Shown here piece after piece: positions 29,580 to 38,041 of a DNA stretch of 64,000 nt. A model generated the notes under the pieces. The model was not told where the DNA came from, did not search any database, and was given only the letters and a program-made list of their open reading frames with translations. This DNA is from Minisyncoccota bacterium. Lineage in GTDB: Bacteria; Patescibacteriota; Minisyncoccia; Phycocordibacterales; UBA9973. Where the stretch lies: positions 607,834-671,833 of the forward strand of contig JAQULK010000001.1 in NCBI GenBank assembly GCA_028718635.1. The letters run 5' to 3'. The first letter of the stretch is position 1. Each line of letters starts with the position of its first letter. Position numbers and translations under genes: made by a program.

Positions 29580-31229
29580 TTAAAATATGTTAAAATATTT
29601 TAAGATAAATAATTGCCCAAGTGGCGTAATTGGTAGCCGCGCAAGACTTAAAATTTTGTGACCGCAAGGTCGTGTGGGTTCGATTCCCACCTTGGGCACC
29701 AGAATAGAACTAGACGGTTTTTCAGAAACCAAAATGCGGGACGCGCGAAGCGCGTCCCAAGGATTCCCGCCGAATTCCCCCAACGAATTCAGAATTTTTG
29801 GCGCGCTTGCGCGCACTAATTTTTCGCCAAGAAGCAGGTTCGAGCCAAAGATTTCTTTGGCTTTGACCTTTTTTGCAAAAAGGTCATCATCAGAAGCAAT
29901 TTTGTCCAAGGATTGAGCGTCTTTTATCCATTCTTTCATCGGTTCGAGCCAATCATTCTGCTTGTGTGAAAGAGAGGTTATTTCTTCTTGGAGAGACTTC
30001 TTTTCAGATAACAACTTTGCTTTTTGATTTCGATAATCTTGTTCATCAATTACTTGGTCTAAATATCCTGTAAGAAGTCGCTCTAACTTTTGTGAAATGA
30101 CCGATAGTCTTGTTTCGTTCTCTTTCACACAAGCAGTCAAAGACGGGGCGGAATTGTTAAAATCTTTTTCTGCCATTTTTAACAATTCTTCCGCCCAGTC
30201 TTTGGGCAAAGAAACTTTTTGTATTTCGGATGATAACTGGCGATCCAATTCTTTTTCTCGAACGGCAGACTCGGAGCATTTTATAGTTTTAGATTTTTTT
30301 GTACAACGATAATATGTGTATTCATGGACATTACCATTTTTCTGCCGTTTGAATTTGTGTTCGCCAGTTATCATCATCCCACAAGAAGCACAGGAAATGA
30401 GTCCGCAAAATGGTTGAGGTTCGTTTTGTGGTTTTCGTTCGGGTTGTCCACGGAGTTTCAACATTTCCTGTGCTTCATCAAAAAGTTTCATTGAAATAAT
30501 TGGCTCATGAATACCTTCATGAATTTCTCCGCCATATTTAAACAAACCGATATAGAACGGATTAGAGAGGATAAAAGACGCTTTGGTTTTGGAGATTCTC
30601 TTTCCGGTTCGAGTGGTAACGCCGGACTTTGCCAAAAATGATGACACATCTTCCAGTCGCATATTTCCTTTTGTGTATTTCTCAAAAGCCAAGCGCACGA
30701 TGCGAGATTTTTTCTTTTCCACCACGATTGTTTTTGTTCGTGAATCGTTGAGATAACCCACTGGCGCTTGGCTTGGGAATATACCCATTCTGACTTTTTG
30801 GCGAAGTCCGCGTTTCGTATTTTCGGAAAGAGAATCGACATAGTATTTGCTTTGTACAAAGGCCATAGAGAGCGTAAATTTGCCCTGTGGCGTACTTTCA
30901 AACCAAAACTGTGGGAACTTAAGGCTCACAAGCAATCCGATGTCTAAAAAGTAGACAATCTTTCCACCGTCCACCGAATTGCGGGCCAAACGATCTGGAT
31001 GCCAAGAGAGAATACAATCTGCATCGCCCTTTTCAATACGCTTCATCATTTCATTAAAAATTGGACGACCTGGAATTTTAGCAGATTGTTTTTCGATAAA
31101 CTCTTGGGCGATGTTCAGATTTTCTCTCTTGGCGAACTCCCGCAATTCGGTGAGTTGTGCGTCAATTGATAAAACCTGCTTGTCTTCGACATCGGTTGAC
31201 TTGCGAGCATACAAAAAGAATTTTTGCAT
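29580..31229 (-). CDS. Large serine recombinase (resolvase + recombinase + Zn ribbon); C-terminus read antisense through tRNA-Leu
   Basis: YARKST (catalytic Ser), DRLARN, CASCG...YYRC...C. Confidence 0.95.
   Translation of the reverse strand: MQKFFLYARKSTDVEDKQVLSIDAQLTELREFAKRENLNIAQEFIEKQSAKIPGRPIFNEMMKRIEKGDADCILSWHPDRLARNSVDGGKIVYFLDIGLLVSLKFPQFWFESTPQGKFTLSMAFVQSKYYVDSLSENTKRGLRQKVRMGIFPSQAPVGYLNDSRTKTIVVEKKKSRIVRLAFEKYTKGNMRLEDVSSFLAKSGVTTRTGKRISKTKASFILSNPFYIGLFKYGGEIHEGIHEPIISMKLFDEAQEMLKLRGQPERKPQNEPQPFCGLISCASCGMMITGEHKFKRQKNGNVHEYTYYRCTKKSKTIKCSESAVREKELDRQLSSEIQKVSLPKDWAEELLKMAEKDFNNSAPSLTACVKENETRLSVISQKLERLLTGYLDQVIDEQDYRNQKAKLLSEKKSLQEEITSLSHKQNDWLEPMKEWIKDAQSLDKIASDDDLFAKKVKAKEIFGSNLLLGEKLVRASAPKILNSLGEFGGNPWDALRASRILVSEKPSSSILVPKVGIEPTRPCGHKILSLARLPITPLGQLFILKYFNIF
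29615..29701 (+). tRNA. tRNA-Leu(TAA), integration target
   Basis: Acceptor stem gcccaag/cttgggc, loop ctTAAaa, long variable arm. Confidence 0.95.
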
Positions 31230-31243
31230 AATATTTTTCTAAA

Positions 31244-31354
31244 AGCAGAAATGGTTGTACTAGGCGCACAATCCCAACAATAAAGTTAAAATTGTTCTAG
31301 CACAACCATTTCTGCTAACTTTACTTAATAATAATTGTGCGCAAAGTCATTATA
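31244..31354 (-). promoter_or_regulatory. Putative promoter (TATAAT) and structured leader of the recombinase gene
   Basis: 20-bp stem 31244-31263/31297-31316 followed by a T run; competing pairing 31264-31272/31334-31342. Confidence 0.55.
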
Positions 31355-31425
31355 CTACTTTTAGAAAAAAGACAAAAATTCTTTTTGTATTTAAAGCAAA
31401 TACTATGTCAAAATTGCTTCTGATT

Positions 31426-31574
31426 TCGAACCTGCTTCTTGGCGAAAAATTAGTGCGCGCAAGCGCGCCAAAAATTCTGAATTCGTTGGGGGAATTCGGC
31501 GGGAATCCTTGGGACGCGCTTCGCGCGTCCCGCATTTTGGCTTCTGAAAAACCGTCTAGTTCTATTCTGGTGCC
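31426..31574 (+). repeat. IR1: 149-bp inverted copy of 29695-29843 (recombinase 3' end), one mismatch
   Basis: Direct comparison; mismatch at 31541/29728 (RILASEKP vs RILVSEKP). Confidence 0.95.
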
Positions 31575-31984
31575 TCTATTATACCAAGTTAGGACCTATT
31601 TTCAAAACAAAGTGAGGTAATCGCACGCGCGGAGCGCGTGGTGATGTGAAAGTTTTTCGTACGCTCGACGCAAAGCCCCGCCACTGCCTCGCTTCACTCG
31701 GCAACCCCAAAAAGAAAAAATGTTCCTTGCTCTTTTGATTTTCGCGGGGGGATTTTTTTCTAAAATGGAAAGGACATTTTTCTTTTTGGTGTTCTGCCTT
31801 CCAAGTATTCAGGCAGTGTGGCGGGGCTTCAATTCGGACTTCGGCAAAGCGGAAAATCTATTTTTCTGGGGGAAAGGATTTTTCCGCTTTGCCTCAGACT
31901 GTTTTTATTTTTGGCCCGCGCGCAGAAAGGGGTCTGGGGAATGAATGCGCGCGGGCTTTTGAGGCGGGGCTATTTTTTCCAATC
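31570..31984 (+). repeat. IR2: 415-bp inverted copy of 36244-36658
   Basis: Direct comparison; identical 74-aa ORFs at 31720-31944(+) and 36284-36508(-). Confidence 0.95.
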
Positions 31985-32149
31985 TTTAATAATCAAATGT
32001 CTTGCTTTGAGTTCAACAACCAATTTTTGTTTTTCTTTCCACTTTAGCTTGCGAACATATTCAATCGGCAAGGTTATAGAAAAGCTGTTGCCTCCGGCAA
32101 CTTTGGAAAGTTTTCTGATGTTATGATTTTGTGATTTTTGTGTTGGCAT
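31970..32149 (-). CDS. AbrB/MazE/SpoVT-like DNA-binding protein (59 aa, not in the ORF track)
   Basis: Manual translation MPTQKSQNHNIRKLSKVAGGNSFSITLPIEYVRKLKWKEKQKLVVELKARHLIIKDWKK. Confidence 0.8.
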   Translation of the reverse strand: MPTQKSQNHNIRKLSKVAGGNSFSITLPIEYVRKLKWKEKQKLVVELKARHLIIKDWKK

Positions 32150-32176
32150 AGTGGTTCATGAATACTTTCATGAGAA

Positions 32177-35100
32177 TCATTTATTTCCCATTAACTCATT
32201 TATTTTAGCTAAAGTGGTTTTGCCGACATAGCCAGTTCCTTTGATAAAACCCCATGGCACAAGAACATCCTTTACATATTTTTCTTGGAATTTGATTACT
32301 GCTTTTTTAGTGAGCAGACCGAAAAAATTGGTTTCTTTGCCAGGAGAACCAGCGCCTGAATCGGCCACTTTTGTATCTGGATCGGAATTGAGGAAAATTT
32401 GCAAGCGTTTAATATCGGCGTTTGTTTGTCTGTATTGCAAGTATTTAGTAAATGGATTGGTAAGCGACAAATTATTTGTCTGTTGCAAATTTTCCGTCGG
32501 GGTACTACTGGATTTTAGAATAATTGTACTTGAGGCAATACCTGACGATTGGCCATAGTATGTGAAGAATTTAACATAAATTTTGTATGTTCCGGCGGGA
32601 CAAGTTGGATTTTTTATCACATCAAATTTTGAGCAAAGATCAATTTGTTTGGTTGCTGAATAATTTTCTTGGCTGGCGTCATTGAAATCACCGGTCAAGG
32701 AAATTGCCATTTTTTTAACATCTGAACCAGCGTTGAAGTTGAGATTAACAATTCTGCTTGTAGTTGTACCTGCTCCAGAATTTACTAAAACTTTGAATCC
32801 GCCTGTCGGCGTTATTGGTAAATTACTCCAACCTGCTGGCATACCACCGCCTCCACACCCGCTCGTTGATTTTGTAATTGAAATTGAACTAGTTTCTGTT
32901 CCGTCACCGTTTCTATATATTACGGAGTAATCGTATGAATGACCGCAAGATAATCCGGTATCTGTCCAGGAGTTAGTTTGTATCCAGCCAGAATTGGCAC
33001 CGGAACGAGAAAAATAATATCCTGATGTTCCGCTTGTATCATTTGGAAAACTATCAACGCTCAAAGTTACACTGTTTGAATTTGATGAGGCGGAAAGATT
33101 AGTTGGAATCGGAGCTAAAGTATATCTAGACAATGAATCAGAAAAAGCGGATTCGTTTAAATTGTTATCCCGTGCTTTGACTTGATAAGTATATTGAGTA
33201 TTAGCGGAAAGTCCGGAGTCAATTAAAGAAGTTGATGATTGCCAGTCAGAAGAAGATGATCCGCCAGAGTGTCCTGTTGTTTCGTTGAACCAATATGGAG
33301 CTGAGTGTAATCCCGGGTCTGCATCAGTAGCCGTCTGAGATGTAATAGTTAATTGAGTTGTTGAATCAATAGATATAGACGAAATGCCTACATTAGTTGG
33401 CGCGCCTGTATTTTGTTCCAAAGCAAAAATGTGTGTGGAATATCCCCCAGTATAGGTAAATGTTAAATTACCCGAAGAATCTGAAAGGCATAACCCGTTG
33501 GTGCAGGTATCACCGGTAATTGCAGTTGTGGAGGCTACCCCGTCTAATTTAAATTGGTAATACTTACTCGATGCTAAATTACCAATTGTATAAATGGTAT
33601 TTGTTGCGATAGACGAGGTGGCTGTCCATTGCTTGTTCTTTGTTCCTGATGTTAGCCAAGAATCAAGAGTAACATTTATATACTCACTGTAATCAGATGA
33701 AGGCCAGCCGCCAACAGGAGAAACTGAAAAATTAGCAGATTGTGTGCTTGATGTGGCTGTAGTGTATCTATATTTTCCGTCAGAATAAATTCTGATTGAA
33801 CCAGTCGGGTCAACTAAATCTGTGCCAATAGTATATGGTGGTTGATATTCGTATGCACCAATATCGGGAGTGCCGTAAATATGGTTGCCAGAAATATCAG
33901 TGGTCAAGGAAAGGTTGGTACCGGTATCTATGCCAGGCGACAAATTTTGAAGAGAATAAATATTGCTCGAAGAATCTAGAAACAAAGGATTTGCATTAAT
34001 GCTATTAGCATCTTTTCCTGTAATAGCATTATCACTAATTAACGCCGTTTTCCACAAGCTAAAATCAGTATAATTTGTACCATTCAACGCAGATAAATGC
34101 GCACCATTAGGAGCATAATACAAGTTATTATCAATACCGACAGAAGTATAAGGTCCTGAAATTGAAACATTTTGTAAATTATTTCCGAGAGAAGCCTCCG
34201 TATAGACAAGATTATTTTTAAAGATTACTTTTTTTCCACTTGTTTGTGTATCCATGCCATGTCCATATCCTCCAGGGGCAGATGGATTATGAATAACCGT
34301 ATTGTTATAAAATGTGGATGTATTTATCGTAGATTGACCGGTAAAGTTAAGACCGTTAACATGGGCGTTTCTAACTAGGTTATAGTAATAATTATTACCT
34401 CCATTACCAGAAGTTACCCCATCGCTTATCTGACCTTCCAATAAATTGTTTCTGTAGATATTATTGGTAGCACTTGATCCAGCAATAAATATTCCGGAAC
34501 CACTCATGGTGGGGTATTCTAATAAATTCCAAGTATATGATATATTGTTACCAAAAATAGAATTGGAGTTCGCATTATTTAAAAAAACACCATATTGAAA
34601 ACTATTTGTGGTACTTGTACCGATAATATTTGTTGAGACATTGGAATTACTACTACCATTCAAATATATCCCAATAAGAGCGGCACTTGTTTTATCAGAA
34701 TTTGTGTTTGTAATAGTATTTCCCGTTATAGTGTGCGAGTTGGTGGTCACGGAGATTCCCTGACTTACTGTTCCGTTTGTCACTATTGAATTGCTGGTTA
34801 TATTAAGCGTTGTCGCTGTATCGACAGTGATACCATAATTGAAACCATTGCTCGCAGTGCTACCAATTATGTTTTGATCTATTGTACTATTGCTGGAAAC
34901 TCCAGTAATAAAAATGCCCACTAATCCAGCATTTGTTTTTGTGACATTAGAGTTGGTCATTGTATTACCACGAACAACTGTTGATGCTCCAGTGTTCACA
35001 TAAACTCCTTTTGCCCCAACCGCACTCGTAACAATTGTATTGTTTAATATCTGAGTGCCAGTCACACCACCAGTGGTGATATAAATGCCCGTGCCTAAAT

Positions 35101-35590
35101 CGTTAGTAATATCGCATCTTTGTACGATTCCGCCACTCATTGAACCCATGAAAACTAAAGCACCATTGGTATCACCTCCTCTTAAATCTAAATCCTGGAA
35201 CGTTACATTACTTTTACCGTTTGATAAAACAGCGTGGATATTCGTATCAGTTATAGCATTCAAAATTGGTTTATTTCCTGTACCATATGCTCCTGTAACT
35301 ATTGGAGTTGTTACGCCACCCTCATCGGCTGTTATATAAACATTTGAGAATGAATCTCCTCGATTGAATAATATTTCATCACCACTTACCAATACAGTAG
35401 AGGCAGACAATCCAGTCGCAGAACCGTCCCAAGGATGATGAGCCCAGGTCGTCGATATTGAAGTTCCATTGTTTGAATCTGACCCAGTAGCACTTATATA
35501 ATACGTTGTCGCACTTGCCGACTTAACAAATAAAAAGCAAGTTCCGAATATAACGAAAACAAAAAAGATTTTATAATATTTATTCAACAT
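32177..35590 (-). CDS. Large secreted surface protein: parallel beta-helix repeats, FN3-like segments, C-terminal peptidoglycan-binding domain
   Basis: Signal peptide then ATTYYIS..GSDSNNG; PbH-like repeats; PDIGAYE; DIKRLQIFLN...TKKAVIKFQ...GTGYVGKTT. Confidence 0.85.
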   Translation of the reverse strand: MLNKYYKIFFVFVIFGTCFLFVKSASATTYYISATGSDSNNGTSISTTWAHHPWDGSATGLSASTVLVSGDEILFNRGDSFSNVYITADEGGVTTPIVTGAYGTGNKPILNAITDTNIHAVLSNGKSNVTFQDLDLRGGDTNGALVFMGSMSGGIVQRCDITNDLGTGIYITTGGVTGTQILNNTIVTSAVGAKGVYVNTGASTVVRGNTMTNSNVTKTNAGLVGIFITGVSSNSTIDQNIIGSTASNGFNYGITVDTATTLNITSNSIVTNGTVSQGISVTTNSHTITGNTITNTNSDKTSAALIGIYLNGSSNSNVSTNIIGTSTTNSFQYGVFLNNANSNSIFGNNISYTWNLLEYPTMSGSGIFIAGSSATNNIYRNNLLEGQISDGVTSGNGGNNYYYNLVRNAHVNGLNFTGQSTINTSTFYNNTVIHNPSAPGGYGHGMDTQTSGKKVIFKNNLVYTEASLGNNLQNVSISGPYTSVGIDNNLYYAPNGAHLSALNGTNYTDFSLWKTALISDNAITGKDANSINANPLFLDSSSNIYSLQNLSPGIDTGTNLSLTTDISGNHIYGTPDIGAYEYQPPYTIGTDLVDPTGSIRIYSDGKYRYTTATSSTQSANFSVSPVGGWPSSDYSEYINVTLDSWLTSGTKNKQWTATSSIATNTIYTIGNLASSKYYQFKLDGVASTTAITGDTCTNGLCLSDSSGNLTFTYTGGYSTHIFALEQNTGAPTNVGISSISIDSTTQLTITSQTATDADPGLHSAPYWFNETTGHSGGSSSSDWQSSTSLIDSGLSANTQYTYQVKARDNNLNESAFSDSLSRYTLAPIPTNLSASSNSNSVTLSVDSFPNDTSGTSGYYFSRSGANSGWIQTNSWTDTGLSCGHSYDYSVIYRNGDGTETSSISITKSTSGCGGGGMPAGWSNLPITPTGGFKVLVNSGAGTTTSRIVNLNFNAGSDVKKMAISLTGDFNDASQENYSATKQIDLCSKFDVIKNPTCPAGTYKIYVKFFTYYGQSSGIASSTIILKSSSTPTENLQQTNNLSLTNPFTKYLQYRQTNADIKRLQIFLNSDPDTKVADSGAGSPGKETNFFGLLTKKAVIKFQEKYVKDVLVPWGFIKGTGYVGKTTLAKINELMGNK

Positions 35591-35596
35591 AATTTA

Positions 35597-35932
35597 TTAT
35601 TTCTTTTGCAATACCGTCGAAACTTCAAAAATTGAGGTTTTCTTCAGTACAATTTTGTAAACACTTTCCAAAAAATCGCCACCAGCGTAACCGACAACAA
35701 ACGCTAATGCCGGAGTAAATTCACCAAGACCAAAAAAGTTTAATCCAAGTTCTTTTGTTGCAACTGCGGTCAAAAGACCAATAATGCCGGAGATAAAAAC
35801 CATAACGAAAAAATACAAAGTTTCAAATTTAGGCGTTTTGTAAGAAAACTGTTTGAAAAATCCAAACAAAGCTCTTACCATTCCTCCGCCGAATCCGGCG
35901 ATCAATATTGAGAAGTAAAATGATTCCCACAT
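35597..35932 (-). CDS. Small 3-TM membrane protein
   Basis: Three hydrophobic segments; ends a few nt before the surface-protein start. Confidence 0.7.
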   Translation of the reverse strand: MWESFYFSILIAGFGGGMVRALFGFFKQFSYKTPKFETLYFFVMVFISGIIGLLTAVATKELGLNFFGLGEFTPALAFVVGYAGGDFLESVYKIVLKKTSIFEVSTVLQKK

Positions 35933-36041
35933 AGTTTTGATAAGTTAATTGTTAATAATTAAATACAAAAAACACCGCAAAAACGGTGTTATAATTTAAG
36001 TGGAAAAGTTAAACAAACAAAAACACGGAGAGCGCGTGTTA

Positions 36042-36062
36042 CTCTCTCTCTCTCTCTCTCTC
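36042..36062. repeat. C(TC)10 microsatellite inside a short leader ORF (36039-36086, minus strand)
   Basis: Encodes MNKISARIERERERE*. Confidence 0.85.
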
Positions 36063-36691
36063 GATTCGTGCCGAAATTTTGTTCATAATTTTTTTGATAA
36101 TAACGTCTCCAACCATATTTGTATTATAGCAAATTTTGGTGTAAAGTGTAAATACAAAGTCAAGCTGTGAATTTCGTTTTCCCCCACCCAAAAACTAGCG
36201 GAGTAAGCGGAGGATTATCCAATATCATGAATGTATTCATGAGGATTGGAAAAAATAGCCCCGCCTCAAAAGCCCGCGCGCATTCATTCCCCAGACCCCT
36301 TTCTGCGCGCGGGCCAAAAATAAAAACAGTCTGAGGCAAAGCGGAAAAATCCTTTCCCCCAGAAAAATAGATTTTCCGCTTTGCCGAAGTCCGAATTGAA
36401 GCCCCGCCACACTGCCTGAATACTTGGAAGGCAGAACACCAAAAAGAAAAATGTCCTTTCCATTTTAGAAAAAAATCCCCCCGCGAAAATCAAAAGAGCA
36501 AGGAACATTTTTTCTTTTTGGGGTTGCCGAGTGAAGCGAGGCAGTGGCGGGGCTTTGCGTCGAGCGTACGAAAAACTTTCACATCACCACGCGCTCCGCG
36601 CGTGCGATTACCTCACTTTGTTTTGAAAATAGGTCCTAACTTGGTATAATAGAGGCACATTACGTTAGGTAAGACCCAACGTAAAAGTTTT

Positions 36692-36764
36692 GCGCCCTTA
36701 GCTCAGCTGGTAGAGCAGATCCCTCTTAAGGATAAGGTCGTTGGTTCGATCCCAACAGGGCGCA
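36692..36764 (+). tRNA. tRNA-Lys(CTT)
   Basis: TAGCTCAGCTGGTAGAGC, loop ctCTTaa, GTTCGATCCC. Confidence 0.95.
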
Positions 36765-36767
36765 CAT

Positions 36768-36849
36768 GCCGGGATGGCGGAATTGGTATACGCGCTAGTC
36801 TTAGGAACTAGTGGGGCAACCCTTGGGAGTTCGAGTCTCCCTCCCGGCA
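36768..36849 (+). tRNA. tRNA-Leu(TAG)
   Basis: ctagt-ctTAGga-actag, variable arm, GTTCGAGTC. Confidence 0.95.
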
Positions 36850-36965
36850 CAAATATATGGGATATATTTTTGCCAGACTCGAAAGCCGGAAGCCGACGGG
36901 CTGAGGCGGGGTCGCAGGATTTTTCAGTAGAAAAATACCTGTGACCGAGTCTCCCTCCCGGCACA
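36832..36965 (+). mobile_element. Mini-element bounded by 20-bp direct repeats of the tRNA-Leu(TAG) 3' end
   Basis: cgagtctccctcccggcaca at 36832-36851 and 36946-36965. Confidence 0.75.
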
Positions 36966-37003
36966 CTTGACATTTGTATTCATAAGTGCTATACTAAACC
37001 CGT

Positions 37004-37687
37004 ATGAATAAAATAGACACAAAATCAATAGTTATTGGGTTAGAAATACTATCAGTGTTGATGTTTAGTTTGTTGATCACACCCGCAAAAGCATTTGCAA
37101 CGCCCGGGTATGTTGACAACCCTACGCCTTTTATTTCATCCATTAGCCCAAATTCTAGCAATCCTAATCAGGGGTCAATTGTTATTGCGATTACAGGAAA
37201 TGGATTCATTCCAAGTTCAATTGCTAGAGTCAACGGTTCTGACCGCATGACTACTTTTATAGATTACTCTCATATTTTGATTAGATTAAATTCAAATGAT
37301 ACTCGCAACACTGATGGAATATACATTAATGTCTTTAATGGATTTCCAGGTGGAGGATATTCGAATGCGGAATTATTCACCATAAATAATAACAATAATA
37401 ATTCGACAACAATAACCAGAACTACCACAAACACAGTAAATAATAATACAGACAATACTTATTCAAATACGAATCAAAACACAAGTCAAACAAAAAATAC
37501 AACTACTACCGACTCAAATTCCAGCAACCTAGCAGCTACCGCTATTTTCGGATCAAACGGCTTCCTTCCTTCTGGTTTAATTCAGTGGATATTGTTTGCT
37601 ATAGTTATCTTGCTCATCATTATCTTGGTCAGAAAAATCTTCGGAGCTAGGGCAAAATACAACGAATCACCGTTAAAAAGCCCGTAA
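37004..37687 (+). CDS. IPT/TIG-like surface protein with N/T-rich linker and C-terminal TM
   Basis: NPTPFISSISP...ITGNGF; low-complexity linker; C-terminal hydrophobic helix. Confidence 0.75.
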   Translation: MNKIDTKSIVIGLEILSVLMFSLLITPAKAFATPGYVDNPTPFISSISPNSSNPNQGSIVIAITGNGFIPSSIARVNGSDRMTTFIDYSHILIRLNSNDTRNTDGIYINVFNGFPGGGYSNAELFTINNNNNNSTTITRTTTNTVNNNTDNTYSNTNQNTSQTKNTTTTDSNSSNLAATAIFGSNGFLPSGLIQWILFAIVILLIIILVRKIFGARAKYNESPLKSP

Positions 37688-37732
37688 GAATCCTGCCACC
37701 ATACTAAAAAAAGGAAGCCTTGCTTCCTTTTT

Positions 37733-38008
37733 TTATATTTTAGTATGTATTATTTTCTCGATTGCCTTTATTCGCTTCAGGCTTGCTAAAATTTCTTCAG
37801 CTTTTACTCCGCCTTTCTTAAACTTAGTGAAATCAATTAAAGTTTTCCAAGTTCCCTCATCCCCCCACTCATCAACAGGCATAATGTTGAAAATGGGTTT
37901 TGAACGACGAACAACAGTAAAAGACTTGCCCTCTGCAATGGCATTTATATATTTTTCTGCATTTAAGCGCAGATCTTTTAAACCAATAATGCTTGTTTTC
38001 GTAGACAT
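37733..38008 (-). CDS. Phd/YefM-like antitoxin
   Basis: IGLKDLR.N..KYI.AI..GKSFTVVRRSKP. Confidence 0.75.
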   Translation of the reverse strand: MSTKTSIIGLKDLRLNAEKYINAIAEGKSFTVVRRSKPIFNIMPVDEWGDEGTWKTLIDFTKFKKGGVKAEEILASLKRIKAIEKIIHTKI

Positions 38009-38041
38009 ACGTATAAGTTTATCTTAAGATAACCCTGTGTC

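Larger units (their letters stand above)
29695..36658. mobile_element. Serine-recombinase integrative element at the tRNA-Leu 3' end; GGCAC core at both ends and an inverted internal end-to-end junction
   Basis: GGCAC at 29695-29699 and 36654-36658; GTGCC at 31570-31574 joins inverted copies of both ends. Confidence 0.85.

Noticed and set aside
30505-30522. Third TCATGAA-N4-TTCATGA palindrome inside the recombinase gene
   Set aside because: Explained by the HEGIHE codons; may be coincidental.
31720-31944. Identical 74-aa ORFs here and at 36284-36508
   Set aside because: By-product of the 415-bp inverted repeat; Phe-rich translation of a structured non-coding region.
29695-36658. Prophage call for the integrated element
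   Set aside because: No capsid, terminase, tail or replication genes.
36698-36973. ORFs overlapping the tRNA-Lys/Leu genes (also 21963-22160 over tRNA-Tyr)
   Set aside because: Spurious frames across tRNA genes.
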